NCBI GenBank assembly: GCA_963707025.1
Contig: CAVPOM010000005.1
Location: 224,001-288,000, forward strand
Origin: an uncultured Verrucomicrobiae bacterium
Lineage (GTDB): Bacteria > Verrucomicrobiota > Verrucomicrobiia > Limisphaerales > Palsa-1400
DNA: 64,000 nt
Direction: 5' to 3'
Position 1 is the first letter of the stretch. Each line of letters starts with the position of its first letter. The translations under genes and the position numbers were made by a program. Below the pieces are notes generated by a model. The model was not told the DNA's origin and did no database searches. It was given only the letters and a program-made list of their open reading frames with translations. Below, piece by piece: positions 22,505-32,725 of this stretch.

Positions 22505-24820
22505 TTACAGAGGACTGTCCGACAAATGGTGGCAATCCAGTTTAAATACGCAGGGCGGCTGGCCGGGACGATTTGCGGGCGCCTGCAAGCGGGCCGGGAG
22601 GCTGATGACGGTTCCTTCGGCAGCCTGGCGCCAAGGCAAAGCTTCAGTATTCCCGAGCATCCTGACCGTCGCCGCGGGAGGGAGTTTGACGCTGTGGAGC
22701 ACCAGTTCGTCGCCAGGCCATTGGAAGGCGATGGCATAGATGATCGAACCGAGATCGCTCTGGGTGAAGCGAAGGTTGTTGCCATCTTTCCAGCGGTCGC
22801 CAGGCAGCGGATGGGTGTTGAAGATGGCTTCGCCATTGGTCTTAAGCCAGGCGCCAACGTATTGGAGCGCAGCGATGGCTTTGGGATGGAAAAGGCCGGT
22901 GGCGTCAGGCCCAATGCCGACCATGAAATTGCCCCCCTTGGCCACGGTATCAACCAGGTTGGTAGCGATCCAGGCCCCGTCTTTGTATTTGCCGGCATCG
23001 GGTTCATAGGTCCAGATGCCGTCTCCGTTCACCAGAGGATAGATGACCATCCACGGCATGTCGGTGTTCGCCCCGGCGCCGGGAACGAACTGTTCGGGCG
23101 TGTAGTAGTCGCCGTAGTTGCCGATGCCGCGGCAGCGGAACATCACGTCGGGCTGGAGCCGGCGGACGATTTTCATGGTTTGTCGCAAATCCAGCCAGGC
23201 GGTTTGATCGAAGTATTGGTCGAGGCAGAGGAGGTCAATTTTGCCATATTGCGTGAGCAACTCTGTGAGCTGCTGGCGATGGCGCTGGACAAAATGATCC
23301 CATTGCTCAGGGTGCTCCGTTTTATTGACGCGATCATGCAATGGGTGGTCGGCAAAGGGACGGAAATCGGCGTCGTACCAATCGGGATGGGAAAAATAAA
23401 GATCAATCTTGATGCCATGACTGCGGGCGGAGTCGGTTACTTCCTTGACGATGTCGCGGTGAAACGGGGTGTCCATGATGCTGTAGGCCAAATCGCAGTC
23501 CTCGATTTTCGGCCCGCCGGGGGCGATCCAGTTGACGCGGCGGACCACGCGAGTGTGTGTGTCAAACATGGAGAATCCATCATGGTGCTTGGTGGTGAAG
23601 GCGACGACCTTGACGCCGTTGGTCTGGAAAAGATCCATCCAGGCGTCGGCATTGAAATTGGTGGGATGGAAGGTCCGATAGTATTCCTGATATGCCTGGC
23701 GTTGCTCGTTGGACATCTTCAGCAAGGGCCAGGAGGCGTTGACGCCAACGCCAAGCTCTGCATAGACCCCCCAATGGATCCGAACCCCGAATTTCATTTC
23801 CCGGAAGGCGGCGCGGGCAGCGTCGGAGGCCTGACGGTAATCAGGATTGGGAGTGTCTTCGATGTAAGAACTAACCCTTTTGTAGTGTGTGTCATTGGCG
23901 GGCAATTTGACGCAGTTGTGAAAAATGCGGGGCGCGTTGGTGTCAGCGGCGAAACGGAAGGGCGAACCGCCGGTGATCTGGTCGCTGCTCATGGTGGGAC
24001 ACCAGTATTTTTCGATGTGCCAGGCCATTAAGTCCGTTCCGGTGAAGTGATCCACATACGGTTTTTGTCGCGGATTGTACATGGTGTCGGTCAGGTCGCG
24101 CATGAGGACGACATTCTGGCCCTGGTAAACCATTTGGCGGATGCCAAAAGGGCGAACGACAACGCACATGTTCTCATGAACACCCATGACCATGACGTTG
24201 GTTATGCCGCGCTGACGCATGAGATAGAAGGCTTCAGCGCTGTCGGTGATGGCATCGCCCTCTTGGATCTTGAGGATGTCAATCTCGTGCTGCCACGGCC
24301 ACGGCGGCGCGGTTGCGGGCATGGTCTGCGGGTCGTCGCTGCAGCCGCCATCGGAATCATCAATCGGCAAGGGTGCTTCCCTGGAGGGATCCAAAGGGCA
24401 ACTGCCTCGAACGGGGGGCATCGTTTCAAGGTGCGGAGCCGCCTGTGCCAATTTGCGCCCAGGCGTCCCTTCGTAGTATTTCATGGTGTCACTGGGACAG
24501 TGGATGATCAGGACACCGCGGCGGCGCAGTTCTGTGATCACCTCGTTCATGCGGGGTGCCATTTCCGCGACCCGGGCCGTCGCGTCCTTGCACCAGTGCT
24601 GATTCCACATGTCGCAAATGACTGCGGCGGTGCGGGAAGGTTCCCACCTGACATGGTTGGTCACCTGTTCCCATTGATCCACGCCTGTGTCCATTTTGCG
24701 CAGTTGGCGCAAATCCAATTCAAGCGCAGCGGGCGGCGGCGATTCAGCAACAACGGGAAACAGAACGATGGCTGTTATACACAAGGCGATGAGCAGGCAA
24801 TCGCTGCGAGAGATTTTCAT
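22505..24820 (-). CDS. Secreted isochorismatase-family hydrolase fused to GH29 alpha-L-fucosidase
   Basis: Signal peptide; ICDMW and GVHENMCV (cysteine hydrolase); KFGVRIHWGVY, TTKHHDGF, LYFSHPDW, KGGNFMVGIGP, NGEAIF (GH29). Confidence 0.85.
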   Translation of the reverse strand: MKISRSDCLLIALCITAIVLFPVVAESPPPAALELDLRQLRKMDTGVDQWEQVTNHVRWEPSRTAAVICDMWNQHWCKDATARVAEMAPRMNEVITELRRRGVLIIHCPSDTMKYYEGTPGRKLAQAAPHLETMPPVRGSCPLDPSREAPLPIDDSDGGCSDDPQTMPATAPPWPWQHEIDILKIQEGDAITDSAEAFYLMRQRGITNVMVMGVHENMCVVVRPFGIRQMVYQGQNVVLMRDLTDTMYNPRQKPYVDHFTGTDLMAWHIEKYWCPTMSSDQITGGSPFRFAADTNAPRIFHNCVKLPANDTHYKRVSSYIEDTPNPDYRQASDAARAAFREMKFGVRIHWGVYAELGVGVNASWPLLKMSNEQRQAYQEYYRTFHPTNFNADAWMDLFQTNGVKVVAFTTKHHDGFSMFDTHTRVVRRVNWIAPGGPKIEDCDLAYSIMDTPFHRDIVKEVTDSARSHGIKIDLYFSHPDWYDADFRPFADHPLHDRVNKTEHPEQWDHFVQRHRQQLTELLTQYGKIDLLCLDQYFDQTAWLDLRQTMKIVRRLQPDVMFRCRGIGNYGDYYTPEQFVPGAGANTDMPWMVIYPLVNGDGIWTYEPDAGKYKDGAWIATNLVDTVAKGGNFMVGIGPDATGLFHPKAIAALQYVGAWLKTNGEAIFNTHPLPGDRWKDGNNLRFTQSDLGSIIYAIAFQWPGDELVLHSVKLPPAATVRMLGNTEALPWRQAAEGTVISLPARLQAPANRPGQPPCVFKLDCHHLSDSPL

Positions 24821-25162
24821 GTGGATAAAGGTTCGCTGTTGCTGTTAATGGTATGAGGCTGAGCAAGGGGTGTCCAGGAAATTCCGGGTATAACGGCACC
24901 ACGCGTGAGGATTTATCCGCCGACTTTCCCCCGTTCATCACCGATTTAACTGTAGCTGCACATCGCATCCTGGAGAGGTGTTTTGGCTTTCATTAGAACC
25001 GGAAGCGTCGGGTTTGGCAGCATCCATGCGGAGACGCAAAACCGCATCTTCCAGAGCGCGCTTCATATCGAAGCCGAACTCCCGCGGTCGCGGCCAGCCC
25101 TGGACACTACCTAGTAGCGCAATTGCTTGATAGAAACATCGGAATTGTTATATTATGAAGGC

Positions 25163-28100
25163 GTGACAAAGATCCTTGGTCATCCAATTCGGCAAACTGC
25201 CGCCGTTTTATTGGGAGCCTTGATCCTGGCCGCGCCGCTGCGCGGCGCCGAACTGGTCCGCCTGGCCATCGTGCCGGAGGAAACCGCGTTGAACACGGCC
25301 GCGGATCTTTTAACCGCCCGGCTTTCCACGAATAACGCCATCGCCCTGCTGGAACGGACGGAGATCGAGAAGATTTATCAGGAACAGGCGTTATCCGCCG
25401 CCAACCGCGACTATCTTAAAATGGGCCGGCTTTTGCACGCCGACGGGCTGCTCATCCTCCGTTTGGACAAGGAAGCCGAGACGCCTCTGATGACCGTTCG
25501 GTTAGTCGCCGTCCAGCCGGGGGTGACGCTCTGCCAAAGCGAGTATCCATTCACGTTGGCCGACCCGGTTTCATGGGGCGATCTGGCCGCCGCCCAATTG
25601 AATCCCTGGCTGCCCAAGCTGACGGTTCTGCCCGGGGATGCCGTGCCCATCTCCATTTTGAATCTTCGTTCCGCCGTCGCTTCCGCCGACTCCGAAGCCT
25701 TGGAACGGGAACTGACCCTGTTGCTTTACAATCGTTTGATCCGGGAGAAGGATGTCTTCGTGTTGGAACGCCGCCGTCTGGAGTTTTTGACAGACGAGAA
25801 GGACACCGCCGATGCAACGGAAAACACTTTCTGGCATGGAAGTTATTTGCTCGAAGGCGTGCTGGACCCTAAAGGTTTCAACCAGGACACCGTGGCCGCC
25901 AGCATCCGCTTGTCGCCCCCGGACAAAACGGCGGTGGTGACGCTGGATGTTTCCGGCCCCCGCACCAATCTTCCGGCGGTGATCAATGATCTCGCCCTGC
26001 GCATTCTCGGCACCGTCAAAAAGAACAGCACCCCGGCGGCGTGGAACCCGCAAGCCGAAGCCGGTCAGTATTTGGCCGAGGCCCAATGGATGTTTAAATG
26101 GAAGATGTTCCCCGAGGCTGCCGCCGCCTCTGAATCGGCCTGGGCCTTGGGGCGGCAGACCGCGGAATTGGCGCAGCTCCGCGTCAATGCCTGGCAAGAA
26201 TTCGCGGGTGACCCGGGCGTGTGCATTATCCAGAATCCATTCGGCCAAGTCGTCTTCGGCCAGCGAACTCAGACGCGGGTGTTTAATACAGCGCAAATCG
26301 GCACCTTTGTCAGTGCGCCCGGGCCGGAGCGCTTTGCCGCCATCGTGCGGGCTTCGGAGCTTTACGCCAGCGCTTTCCGCGTTTATGCCCGGCCGGACCC
26401 AAAACTGGATGGAGTGTGGCTCGGCATCGGCACCAATCTCCTGAATCGGGCTTCCTGGTGGCTTCGTTTTTATTACTTCAACGCGGAAGCCCGTTCGGGA
26501 CGGGAAGATAAAATAGCCAAAGGCAGACAACTGTGCCGGGAAATCACCGCCGCCATTTCCAGCCATCCCGGCTTCGCCACGGCGGACACCGGGCACGACC
26601 TGCTGACCATCAAAGCCAGGCATGCCGCATTGTGGGTGGACAGCCCGGAGCAGGCGCTCTCGATCTACCGCGAAATTCTGGAAAGCGGCGACTGGCCGAT
26701 GGTTCGCGTGCGCTTCCTGGATGGCGGGCCTTTTGAAATAACCCCCCAGACGATAAACGTGTCCACGCCGACAATAGACGCCTGGGGATTCATGTCCCAC
26801 TTGAATGCTGTGCCCGCCAATGCGGCTCATCCCTGTCTGGCCGGCTGGAACTGGGAGGTTCGCCGCCGTTGTCCGGCGCTGTGGCAGGGTTTTATTGAGG
26901 AAATGTGCCGTTCGTCCAAACCCTTCGCCAGTCTGGAAGGAGAGATCCTGCGCTGTTCCTATTCCTGGTCCCAGGCGGATTTTCGAGAGCACTTGGCGCA
27001 GCTCCTTCAGCAAGTCCAGGGGCAAAGAGACGCCTTGGCCGCCGCCAAACTTGACGGGAAATTAGTGGCAGACCTTGAGGCGCTGCTAAATCAGCACGTC
27101 ACCGACGTGGCGGGCGGACGGCATGACCCGTTCAGCGACCAAATCTGGACAGACTTTAAACGCAATTTCCAAGAAGGCCTCCTAGCCACGCGACAAGCTG
27201 CCCAGCAGGCTGCCCAACAAGCCGCCCGGCAGGCTAAATTGGAGGCAAGGAAAAAGTACCTTCAGACCCAGACTAATTTTGACTTCATTTCCTTTGCCCC
27301 GCTTATGCTCAACGGCTTTGATGGCAATTATACGCCGGATGAGGCCAGGGAATTGTTGCCCTTGCTGACCAATTACCAGGCGCGGATGAAAGCCGCCGCA
27401 CCCGGCCCGCAAGGGGCCGTCGCCGCGTCAGTGACCGCGAGCCTGGAGCAAAAGTTAAAAGCCGCCATATCCCCGCCGCCGCTCCAAACCAACCGTCCGG
27501 CTGCCTCCCTGCCCCAGAGCCAAGCCATGCCTCCTGGCTTGGCCAGGCGCGGTCCTCCGGGTGGATTTCCTCGCGGGCCGAATTTCGCCAATGTCCCGGG
27601 CCAATTGCGTCCTGGCAACTTCAATCGTGGTCCCCCAGGCTTTGATCCTTCCCAAGCAACGGCTCCGGCCGACGATTTGGCCACCTCCAATGCGCTTGAG
27701 GTCAGCCATTTTTGGAAGATCCCGGCCTCGACCAACGCCGGCCCCAATTCCATGAGAGCGTTCACCCCTGAAATCAAGTCAGCCTGCTTCCGCGATGGCA
27801 AACTCTGGGTGGAAGCTCAAAACACCCCTTTTGGTGATCAGGTGTCATTCTTCGGCCTTGACTTGGCAACATTCACGGCGGATTGCGTCCAATTTCGAGG
27901 CGACTTCGAGTCTGGAATCACTGTCACACATCAGACATCCAGACCTCCCTTTGAAGTGGATGGCGACCATCTTTATCTGGCCCTCGGTGATTCGGTTACG
28001 GCTTGGTCATTTAAAGAAAGAACCTGGAGTCAGCTCCCCTTGCCATCCGAGGGCCATGTCATCCTGTGGCGTCTGGCGGACCGGCTTTTCTTCACCACCG

Positions 28101-28891
28101 CAAACAGTATTTTGGAGCGCAACCCGGACGGCTCCTTTCGCGTGCTGGCCAGCAGTCGGCGCCGGCCATCCCTGACCCCGCTGGATGACGCCGAGAGTTA
28201 TGCGCAACTCCACCTTTTCCTGACGGCCAATGGCACCCTGCACGCGACTCTCAATGATGATGTCTATGCGCTCCCAACCGGTTCCAACCAATGGCAACAT
28301 ATTGGCAAAGTGCCCAACCTCAATTGGTCCAGTTATCATCCCTTCGACGACGGTTTCATCGCTCTGAACACTTCCCCGCCACGCCAATCGTGGGGCATGT
28401 TGAGTCATTCAACCGCGCCCGAATTGCTGTTCGGGAATCCGCCGCTGCAGGCTGACTCTCTGAGCGGGCAACCCGCCTCCGCCGGGCAAACCGCTCTCAC
28501 ACCCCGCTGGCTGGCCGTGCCCGCCGGCGATGAATTGTGTCTGGAGGGCGAATCGGTTTGGAGCCTGGCCAATCCTCCCGCCGGTCGTTCTTCCGCCCCA
28601 GCGAAGATTTCTTTGACTCACTTCAAAGCCGCCGACCCGCGCCCCATCACCATTCCCGTGCGATTTGCGTCCGATGATGCAGCTCTCGAATCCGCCCGGC
28701 TCGCCGCCCGGCGACTCAGCGTGTTTCTGCCGACGCTTCGGCTAATCATCTCCACCCCTCAAGGCTTGGTGGCGATGCATGAGCGCGAACCTGGGTTCTG
28801 GTTTATACCCAAAGCGGATTTGCAGCAGGCCCTTGCCCAGGCCACTGCCGAACGCGACGCCAAAGCGAAAGTCTTGCCAGCCAAACCCTAG
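25163..28891 (+). CDS. Large exported protein with two N-terminal CsgG/HfaB-like domains, a helical middle and a beta-rich C-terminus
   Basis: Signal peptide; LLERTEIEKIYQEQALS...GRLLHADGLL and FVLERRRLE repeats; start uncertain (25127 or 25163). Confidence 0.7.
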   Translation: MTKILGHPIRQTAAVLLGALILAAPLRGAELVRLAIVPEETALNTAADLLTARLSTNNAIALLERTEIEKIYQEQALSAANRDYLKMGRLLHADGLLILRLDKEAETPLMTVRLVAVQPGVTLCQSEYPFTLADPVSWGDLAAAQLNPWLPKLTVLPGDAVPISILNLRSAVASADSEALERELTLLLYNRLIREKDVFVLERRRLEFLTDEKDTADATENTFWHGSYLLEGVLDPKGFNQDTVAASIRLSPPDKTAVVTLDVSGPRTNLPAVINDLALRILGTVKKNSTPAAWNPQAEAGQYLAEAQWMFKWKMFPEAAAASESAWALGRQTAELAQLRVNAWQEFAGDPGVCIIQNPFGQVVFGQRTQTRVFNTAQIGTFVSAPGPERFAAIVRASELYASAFRVYARPDPKLDGVWLGIGTNLLNRASWWLRFYYFNAEARSGREDKIAKGRQLCREITAAISSHPGFATADTGHDLLTIKARHAALWVDSPEQALSIYREILESGDWPMVRVRFLDGGPFEITPQTINVSTPTIDAWGFMSHLNAVPANAAHPCLAGWNWEVRRRCPALWQGFIEEMCRSSKPFASLEGEILRCSYSWSQADFREHLAQLLQQVQGQRDALAAAKLDGKLVADLEALLNQHVTDVAGGRHDPFSDQIWTDFKRNFQEGLLATRQAAQQAAQQAARQAKLEARKKYLQTQTNFDFISFAPLMLNGFDGNYTPDEARELLPLLTNYQARMKAAAPGPQGAVAASVTASLEQKLKAAISPPPLQTNRPAASLPQSQAMPPGLARRGPPGGFPRGPNFANVPGQLRPGNFNRGPPGFDPSQATAPADDLATSNALEVSHFWKIPASTNAGPNSMRAFTPEIKSACFRDGKLWVEAQNTPFGDQVSFFGLDLATFTADCVQFRGDFESGITVTHQTSRPPFEVDGDHLYLALGDSVTAWSFKERTWSQLPLPSEGHVILWRLADRLFFTTANSILERNPDGSFRVLASSRRRPSLTPLDDAESYAQLHLFLTANGTLHATLNDDVYALPTGSNQWQHIGKVPNLNWSSYHPFDDGFIALNTSPPRQSWGMLSHSTAPELLFGNPPLQADSLSGQPASAGQTALTPRWLAVPAGDELCLEGESVWSLANPPAGRSSAPAKISLTHFKAADPRPITIPVRFASDDAALESARLAARRLSVFLPTLRLIISTPQGLVAMHEREPGFWFIPKADLQQALAQATAERDAKAKVLPAKP

Positions 28892-28893
28892 CC

Positions 28894-30111
28894 ATGCGAC
28901 TCCCACTTCACTTTCAAGCTGCGCTCCCTCTGGGTGTTCTTTGCCTTCTAAATCTCAGTTGGGTTGGCGCGCCCGCTCAGCCTTCCGCCTTCCAAACCAA
29001 CCGATGGGCGGCCATGTCCGACGAACAACTCCTCCGGAGCGCCCAAGCAGGCGATGCACAGGCCCAGTACCACTACTGGGTCCGTGAAATGAACGATGCC
29101 TCCGCATCCAGGAACCAAGTTTACAAGGAGCAAGGGGTGCCGCGTGGAAATCTGACCCAGGCAGACCTCGCCTCCCTCCAGACCAAATGGGACGACGTTC
29201 CCGAATCCGAGGTGCGACAGGCAGCCAAAACTGGGAACTATGGCGCCCAGAATTTCCTCTGCAATCTGGCGGCCAGACAGGCCGCCCAACGCGGGTTGGC
29301 TGCCTTCGAATGGGCCAAGCGTTCCGCCGACCAAGGATTCCCCGACGCCGAGTATGATGTCGCCTGCGCTTACCTTCTTCGATTGAATTGGAACCTCGTC
29401 CCCATCAACCAGCCGGAGGGTCTCAAATTCCTCCAGCGCGCCGCCGATCACGGTTTGTCCACGGCTGAGTATATGCTGGCGACATTTTATCTCGCCGGCC
29501 AGTTCCTTCCCACCGACTACCCCAAAGCGATTTACTACCTGCAAAAAGCCGCTGACCAGAACGGTCCCCGTTCTCAGTACCAACTGGCCCTGCTCTATGC
29601 CAACGGCAATGGCGAACCGCGCGGCGAAGCCGACTCGCCCCTCGAACTTTTGCGCAAATCTGCCAAGAGCGGCTACAGGCCCGCTTGCTATGCGTTGGCC
29701 GAGCGTTATCGCATCGGCCTGGGAGTTCCAGTGGATTACGTCCAATCCATCCGCTTCTATCAGGCGGCGTGGAACCCCGCCGATCCTTACGGCGGGGATG
29801 CGCAGCCCAACGCCGGTGAAGTTTTCAAGCTCGTGGATCAAAACTTGGAACCCAAGTTCCCCCTCCCCTTCGACTTCCGAAACTTTGCCCGCGCCCTCAG
29901 CCTCTACCTAAAGGCCACCCAAAAGCACGATCCCGCCGCCTTGGAACAAATTGGAGATTGGTACCTTAATGGGCGTTTCGAGCCAAAGGACCTTGTGGAA
30001 GCCTGGCGTTGGCTCACCCTTGCCGAAGACAACGGCGCTACAGGCGCCGCCACCAAGAAAGCCTCCTTCAAAGACAAACTCACACACGAACAGTTGCAAC
30101 AATTAAGATAA
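28894..30111 (+). CDS. Exported Sel1-repeat protein
   Basis: Signal peptide; repeated A..WxxxAAxQG..A.Y.LA..Y..G units. Confidence 0.85.
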   Translation: MRLPLHFQAALPLGVLCLLNLSWVGAPAQPSAFQTNRWAAMSDEQLLRSAQAGDAQAQYHYWVREMNDASASRNQVYKEQGVPRGNLTQADLASLQTKWDDVPESEVRQAAKTGNYGAQNFLCNLAARQAAQRGLAAFEWAKRSADQGFPDAEYDVACAYLLRLNWNLVPINQPEGLKFLQRAADHGLSTAEYMLATFYLAGQFLPTDYPKAIYYLQKAADQNGPRSQYQLALLYANGNGEPRGEADSPLELLRKSAKSGYRPACYALAERYRIGLGVPVDYVQSIRFYQAAWNPADPYGGDAQPNAGEVFKLVDQNLEPKFPLPFDFRNFARALSLYLKATQKHDPAALEQIGDWYLNGRFEPKDLVEAWRWLTLAEDNGATGAATKKASFKDKLTHEQLQQLR

Positions 30112-30199
30112 TCAAAGGATTGGTCGCCGGCGATTGTCTAATGATATAAAGTGACGCCGCATGGTCTAATTTGATGAAGAGCGCGGTTGGATTCCCAAC
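30108..30199 (+). repeat. Diverged copy of the ECF sigma upstream region and first codons (31425-31516)
   Basis: 82/92 identity by manual alignment; sigma codon 3 GAA is changed to TAA. Confidence 0.9.
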
Positions 30200-30252
30200 C
30201 CCTAACCGCTGCCATGAACCGCAGATTCAAACCACACACATCCCGGAATCCC

Positions 30253-31284
30253 ATGAACCTTCGACTCTTGCCACACATGACTTTGTTTGATGCAAGAAGC
30301 AATTTTCGGGGCATCTCCCCACGGCGGGCGCATGGGCGCGTTTGGGTCGTCTTTTGCGGACTGTTGGTCCTGATCATGCCGGCCATTTATGCAGCGGAGG
30401 CGCAGTCCAATTCACCGCCGGCCACCCAGGCCGCGGCTTCGCGCCTGTTTACCGCCACCGAAAGAGGCGACCTTGCGGCTGTCAAAGCAAGGCTCGCCAC
30501 CGGCGACCCGGTGGACGCGCGCAACGACCGGGGCTGGACTCCTTTGATGACCGCCGCCAAGGCCGGCAACCCGGAGATGGTCAAGTTCCTGATCGAGAAG
30601 GGCGCGGATGTAAATGCGAAGTCAACCTCCGTGACGGGCAGCACCGTCCTTTCTTTCGCAGCCGAAGGCAGCAACCTGGTCGTGCTCGGGGAATTGCTGG
30701 CGCACGGAGCGAAGATAAATGCTCCCAGCAGCAGCGGCTCGACACCGCTTTATTTTGCGGTGGCAAACCACCTGACGGCAGTGGCGGAAGCCTTGCTTTC
30801 CGCGGGTGCGGACATAGAGGCGGGTGGCCACACCGATGCGACCGGCGCGCATTACACTCCTCTCATCGCGGCAGCTTGCTCGGGCGACATGGCCATGGTC
30901 GAATTGCTCCTCGCCAAAGGAGCCAGGATCGAGAGGGCCAGCAACAATGGAGACACCGCGTTGATGGCTGCGGCAAAATATGAGCACCCGGACATTGTGA
31001 AGCTGCTTATCGCCAAAGGCGCCAACGTTAAGGCCGCCGGCCCGAAAGGGCACACCGCCTTGATCTACGCCGCGTACAACGGACGGCTGGAAAACATGAA
31101 ACTGCTGCTTGCCGCCGGAGCCGATCCAATGGCCACCGCCACGGATTCGGATGTTCCCGGAGGGCCCAGGTATGACGCAGCCACCCTGGCCCGCCAGCAA
31201 AATCATCCAGAAGCACTGACCCTGATTTTGGATGCTCAAGCCAAAGCGGTTGGCGCCAATGCTTGGCGAAAATCTGGCGATTGA
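30253..31284 (+). CDS. Exported ankyrin-repeat protein
   Basis: GWTPLMTAA, GSTPLYFAV, YTPLIAAA, GDTALMAAA, GHTALIYAA; hydrophobic signal segment; start uncertain. Confidence 0.88.
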   Translation: MNLRLLPHMTLFDARSNFRGISPRRAHGRVWVVFCGLLVLIMPAIYAAEAQSNSPPATQAAASRLFTATERGDLAAVKARLATGDPVDARNDRGWTPLMTAAKAGNPEMVKFLIEKGADVNAKSTSVTGSTVLSFAAEGSNLVVLGELLAHGAKINAPSSSGSTPLYFAVANHLTAVAEALLSAGADIEAGGHTDATGAHYTPLIAAACSGDMAMVELLLAKGARIERASNNGDTALMAAAKYEHPDIVKLLIAKGANVKAAGPKGHTALIYAAYNGRLENMKLLLAAGADPMATATDSDVPGGPRYDAATLARQQNHPEALTLILDAQAKAVGANAWRKSGD

Positions 31285-31477
31285 TGAATCTCCCATTTTG
31301 GATCTGCGCCTTCAGGATGCGCTCAATGGCGGATTGCTAATTGACGCGTTTGGAGCCGGCCGGTCTGGTCGCCGGGAGGAACCACAAGGCAGGCTCTCTC
31401 CTCTGAACCATCGCAGCAGTTGAAATAATCAAAGGATTGGTCGCCGCCGATTGTCCAACCATGTAAAGTGATGCCGC

Positions 31478-32032
31478 ATGGTCGAACTTGACGAAGAGCG
31501 CGGTTGGATTCGCAACAGCCAGCAAGGCGATCAGGAGGCATTTGCAGCGCTGGTGCGCCGCCATCAACAGATGATTCATGCACTGACATACCGGATGACA
31601 GGGTTGCCGTCCGAGGCCGAGGATCTTGCCCAGGAAACTTTTATCCAGGCTTACCTCCAGCTTCGCCAATACCGGGGAGAGGCCCGGTTCTCCTCCTGGC
31701 TCTATCGCATCGCCGTCAATCTCTGCCTGAATTGGAGAAGACGCCAGCAACGTCAGGGCCGGCTGCAGACCGCCTGGCTGGAAGACCAGGCCGCCGCCAC
31801 TTCCGCCGCGCCCGGGAGCCTCCTGACGGATCGCGTCCAGGAGGCGCTCATGCAGTTGAAGCCCAAGCAGCGGGCCGCCATCGTGCTCACGATTTACGAA
31901 GGATTGAGCCATGCCGAAGCCGCCCGCGTGCTCGGCTGCCCGGAAGCCACTGTGTCCTGGCGCGTCTTTGCCGCTCGCAGGAAGCTCAAACGCCTGTTGC
32001 AACATCTTCAATCCGCCGGAGGCGCCGCATGA
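31478..32032 (+). CDS. ECF RNA polymerase sigma factor
   Basis: AEDLAQETFIQAY, FSSWLYRIAVN, region 4 GLSHAEAARVLGCPEATV. Confidence 0.95.
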   Translation: MVELDEERGWIRNSQQGDQEAFAALVRRHQQMIHALTYRMTGLPSEAEDLAQETFIQAYLQLRQYRGEARFSSWLYRIAVNLCLNWRRRQQRQGRLQTAWLEDQAAATSAAPGSLLTDRVQEALMQLKPKQRAAIVLTIYEGLSHAEAARVLGCPEATVSWRVFAARRKLKRLLQHLQSAGGAA

Positions 32033-32658
32033 AAGACCCCGAACTGGATCAACTGCTCAAGTCCGCTCCTGTTCCAGATCGCCCGCAAGCTTACTGGGAC
32101 GAGTTTTTCCGGCGGGTCGTGACCAAGGCTCATGGCCTCCAAACCCAAACGCCAGCCGGAGCCGATGGCCGTGCGCCCGATCCATTCCGACTCCGTTTCC
32201 GGCTCCGATTCGCCGCCGTCGGCCTTGGACTCACCGTCCTTTTTCTCCTCGTTCTCTTTGCCCTCAACTTTCGGCAAGCCCGGCGCCAGCCCATCACCGA
32301 CTCACAATTGGCCGCGGCGCGGAAGTATTTGCAAGAAATCGAAACCCTTTTCCCCAACCAGGTCCAGGCCATTGCCTTCGACCAGGAAGGTTCGCGCCTG
32401 ACGCTGGCCGAACGGGCCGATGTCCCCGTCTCCTCGCCGCTCTACCTGAGAATCTGCGGGGCCAGCGGCTGCAAGGATTACCTGACCTTCAGCGGCCAGG
32501 AAATTCAACTTGACGGACAAAAGGTGACCGTGCTCGCCGAGGCGCGTGGCGGAATCATTCTCGCCGGCAATCAATTCGTCTGGTCGAGCGCGGCGCGGAT
32601 CGGTCCAGGCCGGGATTTGAAAGTCGAAGCCCGAAATCTTGGTTTGACAGCGATGTGA
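32029..32658 (+). CDS. Putative single-pass anti-sigma factor
   Basis: ATGA-coupled to the sigma gene; MKDPELDQLL N-terminus, one TM helix, periplasmic domain. Confidence 0.75.
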   Translation: MKDPELDQLLKSAPVPDRPQAYWDEFFRRVVTKAHGLQTQTPAGADGRAPDPFRLRFRLRFAAVGLGLTVLFLLVLFALNFRQARRQPITDSQLAAARKYLQEIETLFPNQVQAIAFDQEGSRLTLAERADVPVSSPLYLRICGASGCKDYLTFSGQEIQLDGQKVTVLAEARGGIILAGNQFVWSSAARIGPGRDLKVEARNLGLTAM

Positions 32659-32725
32659 TCCACATGAAGACGGCCCTTCTTATCCGAAAAGAATTTGTCT
32701 TCAGGAGTTGTCATAATAATTGAAA

